Part shown: piece by piece, positions 1-7,620 of the stretch | Layout: each line of letters opens with the position of its first letter | Position numbering within the stretch: the first letter of the stretch is position 1 | UHGV virus genome: UHGV-0147920 | Direction: 5' to 3' (one strand) | From: a virus | Length of the DNA stretch: 18,766 bases | The notes under the pieces: model-generated | Seen by the model: the letters and a program-made list of their open reading frames with translations, nothing else | Databases searched by the model: none | Told to the model about the DNA's origin: nothing | Program-made: the position numbers and the translations under genes

Positions 1-1
1 T

Positions 2-46
2 GATTTCTCCACACCGGCTAAAGCGACCGCAGAGCCGGGAGCGTAA
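2..46 (+). CDS. 3' end of upstream CDS (partial; position corresponds to major capsid gene N in P2 gene order)
   Basis: Open frame entering from the left edge ends at TAA 44-46 (...DFSTPAKATAEPGA*), just before the M start at 50. Identity is inferred from synteny only. Confidence 0.3.
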   Translation, partial: DFSTPAKATAEPGA

Positions 47-49
47 CCG

Positions 50-787
50 ATGACGAGTCCCGCACAGCGCCACATGATGCGGGTCTCGGCAGCGATAACC
101 GCGCAGCGGGAAGCCGCCCCGCTGCGACATGCAACTGTCTATGAGCAGATGCTGGTTAAGCTCGCCGCAGACCAGCGTACACTGAAAGCGATTTATTCAA
201 AAGAGCTGAAGGCCGCGAAAAAGCGCGAACTGCTGCCGTTCTGGTTGCCGTGGGTGAACGGCGTGCTGGAGCAGGGCAAAGGCGCACAGGATGACATTCT
301 GATGACGGTCATGCTGTGGCGTCTGGATACCGGCGATATTGCCGGTGCGCTGGAGATTGCCCGTTATGCCCTGAAGTACGGTCTGACCATGCCGGGTAAA
401 CACCGCCGTACCCCGCCGTACATGTTCACCGAGGAGGTGGCGCTTGCGGCCATGCGCGCTCACGCTGCCGGTGAATCCGTGGATACCCGCCTGCTGACGG
501 AGACCCTTGAACTGACCGCCACGGCTGACATGCCTGATGAAGTGCGCGCAAAGCTGCACAAAATCACCGGTCTGTTTCTGCGTGACGCTGGTGATGCCGC
601 CAGTGCGCTGGCGCACCTGCAACGTGCGACACAGCTCGACTGTCAGGCAGGCGTCAAAAAAGAGATTGAACGACTGGAGCGGGAGCTGAAACCGAAGCCG
701 GAGCCAAAAGCGGCCACCCGCGCCCCGCGTAAGACCCGGAGCGTGACACCGGCAAAACGTGGACGCCCGAAAAAGAAAGCCAGTTAA
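50..787 (+). CDS. M: terminase small (endonuclease) subunit, P2 gpM-like
   Basis: 245-aa ORF from ATG 50 to TAA 785-787, with a basic Lys/Arg/Pro-rich C-terminal tail (…RAPRKTRSVTPAKRGRPKKKAS). Length and position directly upstream of L-X-Y-K match P2 gpM as I remember it; no search was run. Confidence 0.85.
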   Translation: MTSPAQRHMMRVSAAITAQREAAPLRHATVYEQMLVKLAADQRTLKAIYSKELKAAKKRELLPFWLPWVNGVLEQGKGAQDDILMTVMLWRLDTGDIAGALEIARYALKYGLTMPGKHRRTPPYMFTEEVALAAMRAHAAGESVDTRLLTETLELTATADMPDEVRAKLHKITGLFLRDAGDAASALAHLQRATQLDCQAGVKKEIERLERELKPKPEPKAATRAPRKTRSVTPAKRGRPKKKAS

Positions 788-886
788 CAACCGAATGCGC
801 CCCGCGCCAGGGCGGCACGCCGGTCAGTGAGGGTGAATCACCTGACACTGCACTGGCGTCCACCGCCCGACTTTTCAGAGGTAGTC

Positions 887-1396
887 ATGATGACGCTGAT
901 TATTCCGCGAAAGGAGGCTCCCGTGTCCGGTGAGGGTACGGTGGTCATCCCGCAACCGGCAGGCGACGAGCCGGTGATTAAAAACACGTTCTTTTTTCCC
1001 GATATCGACCCGAAGTGCGTCCGGGAACGTATGCGCCTTGAGCAGACCGTCGCCCCCGCCCGTCTGCGTGAGGCCATCAAGTCAGGCATGGCGGAGACGA
1101 ATGCGGAGCTGTACGAGTACCGCGAACAGAAAATTGCTGCCGGTTTTACGCGTCTGGCGGACGTTCCGGCGGACGACATCGACGGTGAAAGCATCAAGGT
1201 TTTTTACTACGAGCGCGCCGTGTGCGCGATGGCGACCGCGTCGCTTTATGAGCGTTATCGCGGCGTGGATGCCAGTGCGAAAGGCGACAAGAAGGCTGAC
1301 AGCATTGACAGCACCATTGATGAACTGTGGCGGGATATGCGCTGGGCGGTGGCGCGTATCCAGGACAAGCCGCGCTGCATCGTGAGTCAAATCTGA
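887..1396 (+). CDS. L: head completion/stabilisation protein, P2 gpL-like
   Basis: 169 aa from ATG 887 (MMTLIIPRKEAP...), preceded by AGAGG at 876-880. The ORF-track start at 827 would add a 20-aa extension without a ribosome-binding site. Stop TGA 1394-1396 overlaps the X start (ATGA). Confidence 0.85.
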   Translation: MMTLIIPRKEAPVSGEGTVVIPQPAGDEPVIKNTFFFPDIDPKCVRERMRLEQTVAPARLREAIKSGMAETNAELYEYREQKIAAGFTRLADVPADDIDGESIKVFYYERAVCAMATASLYERYRGVDASAKGDKKADSIDSTIDELWRDMRWAVARIQDKPRCIVSQI

Positions 1397-1599
1397 TGAA
1401 GACCTTTGCGCTACAGGGCGACACGCTCGACGCCATTTGTGTCCGGTATTACGGGCGCACTGAGGGCGTGGTCGAAGCCGTGCTCGCCGCAAATCCGGGA
1501 CTGGCTGAACTGGGTGCGGTGCTGCCACACGGCACCGCCGTCGAACTGCCCGACGTTCAGACCGCGCCCGTGGCTGAAACTGTCAATCTGTGGGAGTAA
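1396..1599 (+). CDS. X: tail protein X (LysM-like), P2 gpX-like
   Basis: 67 aa from ATG 1396 (MKTFALQGDTLDAICVRYYGRTEGVVE...) to TAA 1597-1599. The longer ORF-track frame from 1327 overlaps L and has no start signal. Length and position match P2 X. Confidence 0.8.
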   Translation: MKTFALQGDTLDAICVRYYGRTEGVVEAVLAANPGLAELGAVLPHGTAVELPDVQTAPVAETVNLWE

Positions 1600-1602
1600 C
1601 GC

Positions 1603-1884
1603 ATGACAGCAGAAGAAAAAAGTGTCCTGTCGCTTTTCATGATTGGGGTGCTGATTGTTGTCGGCAAGGTGCTTGCCGGTGGTGAGCCCATCACCCCGCG
1701 TCTGTTTATCGGGCGCATGTTGCTCGGTGGTTTTGTCTCGATGGTTGCCGGTGTTGTTCTGGTGCAGTTTCCTGACCTGTCACTGCCTGCGGTGTGCGGC
1801 ATCGGCTCCATGCTGGGTATCGCCGGTTATCAGGTGATTGAGATTGCCATTCAGCGCCGCTTTAAGGGCAGGGGGAAACCGTAA
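1603..1884 (+). CDS. Y: holin, P2 gpY-like
   Basis: 93 aa with hydrophobic segments (LSLFMIGVLIVVGKVLAGG, LLGGFVSMVAGVVLVQF, AVCGIGSMLGIAGYQVI) and a charged C-terminus (RRFKGRGKP). It sits immediately upstream of the endolysin; its stop overlaps the K start (TAATG). Confidence 0.85.
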   Translation: MTAEEKSVLSLFMIGVLIVVGKVLAGGEPITPRLFIGRMLLGGFVSMVAGVVLVQFPDLSLPAVCGIGSMLGIAGYQVIEIAIQRRFKGRGKP

Positions 1885-2381
1885 TGCCTGTAATTAACAC
1901 GCATCAGAATATCGCTGCCTTTCTCGACATGCTGGCGGTGTCCGAAGGGACGGCGAATCATCCGCTGACGAAAAACCGGGGCTATGACGTGATAGTCACC
2001 GGACTGGACGGGAAGCCGGAAATTTTCACCGACTACAGTGACCACCCGTTCGCGCATGGCCGACCGGCGAAGGTGTTTAACCGTCGCGGTGAAAAATCCA
2101 CGGCCTCCGGTCGCTATCAGCAGCTTTACCTGTTCTGGCCGCATTACCGCAAACAGCTTGCCCTGCCGGATTTCAGTCCGTTGTCACAGGACAGACTTGC
2201 CATTCAGTTGATCCGCGAACGCGGTGCACTGGATGACATCCGGGCGGGACGTATTGAGCGCGCCATTTCACGCTGTCGCAATATCTGGGCGTCCCTGCCG
2301 GGTGCCGGTTACGGTCAGCGTGAGCATTCACTGGAAAAACTGGTCACCGTCTGGCGTACCGCCGGCGGCGTACCGGCTTAA
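1884..2381 (+). CDS. K: endolysin (lambda R-like lytic transglycosylase / phage lysozyme family), P2 gpK-like
   Basis: 165 aa with FLDMLAVSEGT, GYDVIVTG, FTDYSDHP and IWASLPGAGYGQREH blocks, which closely parallel lambda R endolysin as I recall it. GGGGGA ribosome-binding site at 1871-1876. Confidence 0.9.
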   Translation: MPVINTHQNIAAFLDMLAVSEGTANHPLTKNRGYDVIVTGLDGKPEIFTDYSDHPFAHGRPAKVFNRRGEKSTASGRYQQLYLFWPHYRKQLALPDFSPLSQDRLAIQLIRERGALDDIRAGRIERAISRCRNIWASLPGAGYGQREHSLEKLVTVWRTAGGVPA

Positions 2382-2395
2382 ACGGAGTAAACACC

Positions 2396-2821
2396 ATGAA
2401 GAAATTATCCCTTTCACTGATGCTGAACGTGTCGCTGGCGCTGATGCTGGCACTGTCCCTGATTTACCCGCAGAGCGTGGCCGTCAGTTTTGTCGCCGCC
2501 TGGGCGATTCTGGCGACGGTTATCTGTGTGGTTGCCGGTGGTGTCGGCGTGTATGCCACGGAGTATGTACTGGAACGCTACGGGCGGGAGCTGCCGCCGG
2601 AATCGCTGGCCGTGAAGATTGTCACGGCGCTGTTTTTGCAGCCGGTGCCGTGGCGCAGGCGGTCAGTGGCTCTGGTGGTGATGGTGGCGACGTTTATCTC
2701 GCTGGTCGCTGCCGGGTGGATTTTTACTGCGCTGATTTATCTCGTGGCGTCACTGTTTTTCCGGCTGATACGTACGGCCTGCCGTCAGCGTTTTGAGGGG
2801 CGGGAACCATGTCAAAACTGA
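2396..2821 (+). CDS. lysA: lysis accessory membrane protein LysA (P2-like)
   Basis: 141-aa multi-pass hydrophobic protein (four predicted TM stretches) with GGAG at 2384-2387. Position between endolysin and spanins matches P2 lysA. Confidence 0.8.
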   Translation: MKKLSLSLMLNVSLALMLALSLIYPQSVAVSFVAAWAILATVICVVAGGVGVYATEYVLERYGRELPPESLAVKIVTALFLQPVPWRRRSVALVVMVATFISLVAAGWIFTALIYLVASLFFRLIRTACRQRFEGREPCQN

Positions 2822-3234
2822 TGATTGTGCTGGTTGTGTTGTTATCACTGGCGGTGGCGGGGCTGTTTCTGGCGAAGCATGAAAACGCCAGACTGCGCGC
2901 CTCACTGGACAGGGCGAACAACGTCGCCAGCGGGCAGCAGACGACCATCACCATGCTGAAAAACCAGCTTCATGTTGCCCTTACCAGGGCAGACAAAAAC
3001 GAGCTGGCGCAGGTGGCACTGCGTCAGGAGCTGGAGAACGCCGCGAAGCGTGAAGCACAGCGCGAGAAAACCATCACGAGGTTACTCAATGAAAACGAAG
3101 ATTTTCGCCGCTGGTACGGTGCTGACCTGCCTGATGCTGTGCGCCGGTTGCACCAGCGCCCGGCCTGCGCCGACGCCAGTGATTGTCCACAACGCCTGCC
3201 CGAAAGTGAGTCTTTGCCCGATGCCGGGCAGTGA
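2809..3234 (+). CDS. lysB: i-spanin (Rz-like), P2 LysB-like
   Basis: 141 aa with an N-terminal TM anchor (LMIVLVVLLSLAVAGLFLA) followed by a charged, coiled-coil-like periplasmic region. Start overlaps the lysA stop. Confidence 0.8.
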   Translation: MSKLMIVLVVLLSLAVAGLFLAKHENARLRASLDRANNVASGQQTTITMLKNQLHVALTRADKNELAQVALRQELENAAKREAQREKTITRLLNENEDFRRWYGADLPDAVRRLHQRPACADASDCPQRLPESESLPDAGQ

Positions 3235-3379
3235 CCCGGAGAAGAACGGCGATTTAAGTGCCGATATCCGGCAGCTTGAGAACGCGCTGGCACACTGTGC
3301 CAGCCAGATAAAAATGATTAAACACTGTCAGGACGAAACCGATGCTCAAACCCGACAGCCTGCGCAGGGCGCTGACTGA
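3089..3379 (+). CDS. lysC: o-spanin lipoprotein (Rz1-like), P2 LysC-like
   Basis: 96 aa from ATG 3089 (MKTKIFAAGTVLTCLMLCAGC...), in the +1 frame relative to lysB. Signal peptide with lipobox L-C-A-G-C and a Pro-rich mature part. It starts inside lysB and overlaps the R start, the classic overlapped spanin arrangement. Confidence 0.75.
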   Translation: MKTKIFAAGTVLTCLMLCAGCTSARPAPTPVIVHNACPKVSLCPMPGSDPEKNGDLSADIRQLENALAHCASQIKMIKHCQDETDAQTRQPAQGAD

Positions 3380-3809
3380 TGCCGTCACGGTGCTGAAAAC
3401 CAGCCCCGAGATGCTGCGGATATTCGTGGATAACGGGAGTATTGCCTCCACACTGGCGACGTCGCTGTCATTCGAAAAGCGTTACACGCTCAACGTGATT
3501 GTGACCGACTTTACCGGTGATTTTGACCTGCTCATCGTGCCGGTGCTGGCGTGGCTGCGGGAAAATCAGCCAGACATCATGACCACCGACGCAGGCCAGA
3601 AAAAGGGCTTCACGTTTTATGCAGACATCAACAATGACAGCAGCTTTGATATCAGCATCAGTCTGATGCTGACCGAGCGCACGCTGGTCAGTGAGGTGGA
3701 CGGTGCGCTGCATGTGAAGAATATCCCGGAACCTCCGCCGCCGGAGCCGGTCACCCGCCCGGTGGAGCTTTATATCAATGGTGAACTGGTGAGCAAGTGG
3801 GATGAATGA
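3342..3809 (+). CDS. R: tail completion protein R (P2 gpR-like)
   Basis: 155 aa; length, position after the lysis cassette and overlap with S (ATGAATGA) match P2 R. Confidence 0.85.
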   Translation: MLKPDSLRRALTDAVTVLKTSPEMLRIFVDNGSIASTLATSLSFEKRYTLNVIVTDFTGDFDLLIVPVLAWLRENQPDIMTTDAGQKKGFTFYADINNDSSFDISISLMLTERTLVSEVDGALHVKNIPEPPPPEPVTRPVELYINGELVSKWDE

Positions 3810-4254
3810 GTTTAAGCGTTTTGAAGACCGGCTGACCGGACTTATTGAATCGCTGTCACCGTCAGGGCGTCGGCGACTGAGTGCCGAACTGGCGAAACGT
3901 CTGCGGCAGAGTCAGCAGCGCCGGGTGATGGCACAGAAAGCCCCGGATGGCACACCCTATGCGCCACGCCAGCAGCAGAGCGCCAGAAAAAAGACTGGCC
4001 GTGTTAAGCGAAAAATGTTTGCGAAACTTATCACCAGTCGTTTTTTGCATATCCGCGCCAGCCCGGAACAGGCATCAATGGAGTTTTACGGCGGGAAGTC
4101 ACCGAAAATCGCCAGTGTGCATCAGTTCGGTCTGTCGGAAGAAAACCGGAAAGACGGTAAGAAAATTGATTATCCGGCGCGTCCTCTGCTCGGCTTTACC
4201 GGTGAGGATGTGCAGATGATTGAAGAGATTATCCTGGCTCACCTTGAGCGTTAG
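3802..4254 (+). CDS. S: tail completion protein S (P2 gpS-like)
   Basis: 150 aa from ATG 3802 to TAG 4252-4254; basic central region; follows R with a 4-nt overlap as in P2. Confidence 0.85.
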   Translation: MNEFKRFEDRLTGLIESLSPSGRRRLSAELAKRLRQSQQRRVMAQKAPDGTPYAPRQQQSARKKTGRVKRKMFAKLITSRFLHIRASPEQASMEFYGGKSPKIASVHQFGLSEENRKDGKKIDYPARPLLGFTGEDVQMIEEIILAHLER

Positions 4255-4283
4255 TTTTATCCAGGCAGAGGCTGATGCGCAAT

Positions 4284-4320
4284 TAAACATTGAGCGGCTG
4301 TGCAGGTCGCTCAATGTTTA
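4284..4320. terminator. putative bidirectional terminator hairpin between convergent S and the minus-strand cargo gene
   Basis: Perfect 12-bp inverted repeat AAACATTGAGCG (4285-4296) / CGCTCAATGTTT (4308-4319), extendable by a T-A pair at 4284/4320, with an 11-nt loop. It lies exactly between the two convergent stop codons (4254 and 4326). The U-tract is short on both strands. Confidence 0.45.
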
Positions 4321-4325
4321 GAGGA

Positions 4326-5111
4326 TTATGAGTGGTTTTTATTTGATGATTTGTATTCTACAACTTTTTTATTGGCGTAAAGGAATTTTGTATATGACAG
4401 AAGTATAACCAGACCTGAAGTGAAATAGACGAGGGATATTATTAATAATGTTTTTCTGTGGCTGTTATTATCTTTAATCTCCTGACTTAACCATTCGGAG
4501 TCCTCCTCGTTTAGCTGTAAGAGCTTATTGCAGGCGATTGCAGGAAGTGTGTCTGTTACAAAAGTGTTCTGCAGTCTCTTGCAATCGGCAATGCTAAAAG
4601 CTTTATAGAACTTATCTGTTTTATTGTCGGAGAACAAAAGAACCTTGTCATTATAAACATGGTACATCATATTTTTATATGGTATGGCTATAGCATCCTC
4701 TACTATGGCAGATTGCTCGTTGTGTATGCAACATGCGAAGGTAATATAAAGAATTCCGGCCAGGACTGCACTCATTGTTTTTGTGATGCATGGCGGTTCT
4801 GTTATGTCTCCCCAGAAGCGAGTAAGGAAAAAATCCGATGTTTTTAGTTTTCCATCAATCAACCCCTGCTGTATCATTTTCACATCTTTGATGCCTGATA
4901 CATTGATTCCGTTAATTATTTTAAATAGTTGAATGTCGCGCCACTCGCGGTCCAGTCTTTTTAATTTTTTATCTGAATATCCAAATTTGAAATAATGTGC
5001 AATAAGCCTCATAAGGTTACTTTTACCAAAGCTAAAAAATGCTAATACTACAAAGACCAAAAGATACAAGACGATTAGCTCCCACACATTAGTCACATTA
5101 TAGCTGACCAT
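4326..5111 (-). CDS. hypothetical low-GC membrane protein (cargo/moron at the S-V junction, P2 orf30 position)
   Basis: 261-aa ORF on the minus strand with a strong AAGGAG ribosome-binding site about 6 nt upstream of ATG (rc of 5118-5123). About 32-35% G+C in sampled lines versus about 58% in flanking tail genes. Predicted TM helices at residues ~10-28, ~113-131 and ~220-240. No family assigned. Confidence 0.75.
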   Translation of the reverse strand: MVSYNVTNVWELIVLYLLVFVVLAFFSFGKSNLMRLIAHYFKFGYSDKKLKRLDREWRDIQLFKIINGINVSGIKDVKMIQQGLIDGKLKTSDFFLTRFWGDITEPPCITKTMSAVLAGILYITFACCIHNEQSAIVEDAIAIPYKNMMYHVYNDKVLLFSDNKTDKFYKAFSIADCKRLQNTFVTDTLPAIACNKLLQLNEEDSEWLSQEIKDNNSHRKTLLIISLVYFTSGLVILLSYTKFLYANKKVVEYKSSNKNHS

Positions 5112-5126
5112 TACGCTCTCCTTGAA

Positions 5127-5146
5127 TGTTGTCTGGTGGTTCTACA
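5127..5146 (+). promoter_or_regulatory. candidate late-promoter activator (Ogr-type) dyad upstream of V
   Basis: TGTTGT-N11-ACA (TGT 5130-5132, ACA 5144-5146) in the 83-bp gap between divergent genes. The same TGTTGT-N11-AC architecture recurs upstream of FI. Spacing is 11, not the 12 I recall for P2 Ogr boxes, and the V ATG is only about 57 bp from the dyad centre. Confidence 0.25.
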
Positions 5147-5194
5147 AATGAATCCAGATAGCATAACTTTTATATATTGTGCAATCTCACATGC

Positions 5195-5830
5195 ATGAAC
5201 ACTCTCGCAAATATTCAGGAACTCGCGCGCGCACTGCGCAACATGATTCGTACTGGCCTTGTCGTCGAAACCGACCTTAACGCCGGTCGCTGCCGTGTGC
5301 AGACCGGCGGCATGTGCACCGACTGGCTTCAGTGGCTGACACATCGTGCCGGGCGTTCGCGCACATGGTGGGCACCTTCCGTGGGGGAACAGGTGCTGAT
5401 TCTGGCCGTGGGCGGTGAACTCGACACGGCGTTCGTTCTGCCGGGGATTTATTCCGGCGATAACCCCGCGCCGTCTGCGTCGGCGGATGCCCTGCACATA
5501 CGTTTCCCTGACGGGGCGGTGATTGAGTATGAACCTGAAACCAGTGCACTGATGGTAAGCGGAATTAAAACGGCCAGCGTGACGGCTTCTGATTCTGTTA
5601 CCGCCACGGTGCCGGTAGTCATGGTGAAAGCGTCAACCCGCATCACCCTGGACACCCCGGAGGTGGTCTGCACCAACAGACTGATTACCGGCACGCTGGA
5701 AGTACAGAAGGGCGGGACGATGCGCGGCAACATTGAACACACCGGCGGTGAACTCTCATCAAACGGTAAGGTACTGCATACCCATAAACACCCCGGCGAC
5801 AGCGGCGGCACAACCGGGGGACCTCTATGA
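5195..5830 (+). CDS. V: baseplate spike/assembly protein V (P2 gpV-like)
   Basis: 211 aa from ATG 5195 (MNTLANIQELARALRNMIRTG...); the ORF-track TTG at 5177 was not used. Gly-rich C-terminus; overlaps the W start (ATGA). Confidence 0.9.
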   Translation: MNTLANIQELARALRNMIRTGLVVETDLNAGRCRVQTGGMCTDWLQWLTHRAGRSRTWWAPSVGEQVLILAVGGELDTAFVLPGIYSGDNPAPSASADALHIRFPDGAVIEYEPETSALMVSGIKTASVTASDSVTATVPVVMVKASTRITLDTPEVVCTNRLITGTLEVQKGGTMRGNIEHTGGELSSNGKVLHTHKHPGDSGGTTGGPL

Positions 5831-6174
5831 CTGCGCGTTATCTCGGAATGAATCGCAGTGATGGCCTGACTGTCACTGACCTTGAGCATATCAGCCAGAG
5901 TATCGGCGATATCCTGCGCACACCGGTCGGCTCGCGGGTGATGCGTCGTGATTACGGCTCGTTGCTGGCGTCAATGATTGACCAGCCGCAGACTCCGGCG
6001 CTTGAGTTGCAGATTAAGGTCGCCTGTTACATGGCGGTGCTGAAATGGGAACCCCGCGTCACCCTGTCATCCGTCACCACTGAGCGCAGTTTTGACGGGC
6101 GAATGACGGTCACGTTAACCGGCCAGCACAACGACACCGGCCAGCCACTTTCGTTAACCATTCCTGTGAGTTGA
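5827..6174 (+). CDS. W: baseplate wedge protein W (gp25-like), P2 gpW-like
   Basis: 115 aa; length and position between V and J match P2 W. Confidence 0.9.
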   Translation: MTARYLGMNRSDGLTVTDLEHISQSIGDILRTPVGSRVMRRDYGSLLASMIDQPQTPALELQIKVACYMAVLKWEPRVTLSSVTTERSFDGRMTVTLTGQHNDTGQPLSLTIPVS

Positions 6175-6178
6175 AACC

Positions 6179-7087
6179 ATGCCGATTATCGACCTGAACC
6201 AGCTACCCGCACCGGATGTGGTCGAGGAGCTGGACTTTGAAACCATTCTTGCCGAACGCAAGGCGACACTGATTTCCCTTTACCCGGAAGACCAGCAGGA
6301 GGCGGTCGCCCGTACCCTGACACTGGAATCTGAGCCTCTCGTCAAACTGCTGGAGGAAAATGCTTATCGTGAGCTTATCTGGCGTCAGCGTGTGAATGAG
6401 GCTGCGCGGGCGGTGATGCTGGCCTGTGCCGCCGGTAATGACCTTGATGTGATTGGTGCCAATTACAACACCACGCGCCTGACTATCACCCCGGCAGATG
6501 ATTCGACCATCCCGCCGACACCGGTAGTGATGGAGTCTGACACCGATTATCGTCTGCGTATTCAGCAGGCGTTTGAAGGTTTAAGCGTCGCCGGGTCGGT
6601 GGGTGCCTATCAGTATCATGGACGCAGTGCTGACGGGCGTGTCGCGGATATCTCTGTCACCAGTCCGTCTCCGGCCTGCGTCACTATCTCCGTGCTGTCA
6701 CGTGAAAATAACGGCGTCGCATCCGAAGACCTGCTGGCCGTGGTGCGTAACGCCCTTAATGGCGAGGACGTCAGACCGGTGGCCGACCGCGTGACCGTGC
6801 AGTCTGCCGCCATTGTTGAATACCAGATAAACGCCACGCTTTACCTTTACCCTGGTCCCGAAAGCGAACCCATCCGCGCGGCCGCCGTGAAAAAACTGGA
6901 AGCGTATATCACGGCACAGCACCGGCTGGGGCGCGACATCCGTCTGTCTGCCATTTATGCCGCTTTGCATGTGGAAGGTGTGCAGCGTGTCGAACTGGCT
7001 GCACCACTGGCCGACATCGTGCTCAACAGTACGCAGGCGTCTTTCTGTACCGAATACCGCGTCGTGACCGGAGGCTCGGATGAGTGA
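6179..7087 (+). CDS. J: baseplate protein J (P2 gpJ-like)
   Basis: 302 aa starting MPIIDLNQLPAPDVVEELDFETILAERKA...; length and position match P2 J; overlaps the I start. Confidence 0.9.
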   Translation: MPIIDLNQLPAPDVVEELDFETILAERKATLISLYPEDQQEAVARTLTLESEPLVKLLEENAYRELIWRQRVNEAARAVMLACAAGNDLDVIGANYNTTRLTITPADDSTIPPTPVVMESDTDYRLRIQQAFEGLSVAGSVGAYQYHGRSADGRVADISVTSPSPACVTISVLSRENNGVASEDLLAVVRNALNGEDVRPVADRVTVQSAAIVEYQINATLYLYPGPESEPIRAAAVKKLEAYITAQHRLGRDIRLSAIYAALHVEGVQRVELAAPLADIVLNSTQASFCTEYRVVTGGSDE

Positions 7088-7610
7088 TTCGCGACTGCTG
7101 CCGACCGGCTCATCACCGCTTGAGGTCGCCGCCGCAAAAGCCTGTGCGGAAATTGAAAAAACGCCGGTCAGTATTCGTGAGCTGTGGAACCCGGACACCT
7201 GTCCGGCAAATCTGCTGCCGTGGCTGGCGTGGGCGTTTTCGGTCGACAGGTGGGATGAAAAGTGGCCGGAAGCGACAAAACGCGCCGTTATCCGCGATGC
7301 GTATTTCATCCACTGTCATAAAGGCACTATAGGTGCAATCCGGCGTGTGGTGGAGCCGCTCGGCTATCTCATCAACGTGACGGAGTGGTGGGAAAACAGT
7401 GACCCGCCCGGCACCTTCCGGCTTGATATTGGTGTACTGGAAAGTGGCATCACAGAGGCAATGTATCAGGAAATGGAACGGCTGATTGCTGATGCCAAAC
7501 CTGCAAGCCGTCATCTTATTGGCCTGAATATTACCCGGGACATTCCCGGCTACCTGTTCGCCGGTGGTGTGGCTTACGACGGCGATGTAATTACGGTTTA
7601 CCCCGGATAA
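7080..7610 (+). CDS. I: baseplate protein I (P2 gpI-like)
   Basis: 176 aa; length and position match P2 I; followed by GAGGA (7612-7616) and the H start. Confidence 0.9.
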   Translation: MSDSRLLPTGSSPLEVAAAKACAEIEKTPVSIRELWNPDTCPANLLPWLAWAFSVDRWDEKWPEATKRAVIRDAYFIHCHKGTIGAIRRVVEPLGYLINVTEWWENSDPPGTFRLDIGVLESGITEAMYQEMERLIADAKPASRHLIGLNITRDIPGYLFAGGVAYDGDVITVYPG

Positions 7611-7620
7611 GTGAGGAATA

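Noticed and set aside
197-790. Numerous long antisense or alternative-frame ORFs across the high-GC backbone (e.g. 197-790 minus, 1082-1528 minus, 2224-2796 plus, 5449-5889 minus, 6698-7309 minus, 7113-7823 minus, 12642-13088 minus, 16093-16818 minus)
   Set aside because: High G+C suppresses stop codons in non-coding frames. All overlap well-supported syntenic P2-type genes, lack start signals and have Arg/Pro/Gly/Cys-rich compositions typical of frame artefacts.
797-816. Short GC hairpin (CGCCC-N7-GGGCG) in the M-L spacer as a possible terminator
   Set aside because: Only a 5-bp stem, no U-tract, and M and L belong to the same late operon in P2-like phages.
827-886. Upstream extension of L to the ORF-track start at 827 (MRVNHLTLHWRPPPDFSEVV)
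   Set aside because: It has no ribosome-binding site and would make L 20 aa longer than P2 L; the internal ATG at 887 has AGAGG upstream.
2972-3088. Longer LysC starting at 2972
   Set aside because: The N-terminal extension is hydrophilic and would bury the signal peptide and lipobox; ATG 3089 places MKTKIFAAGTVLTCLMLCAGC at the N-terminus as a lipoprotein signal requires.
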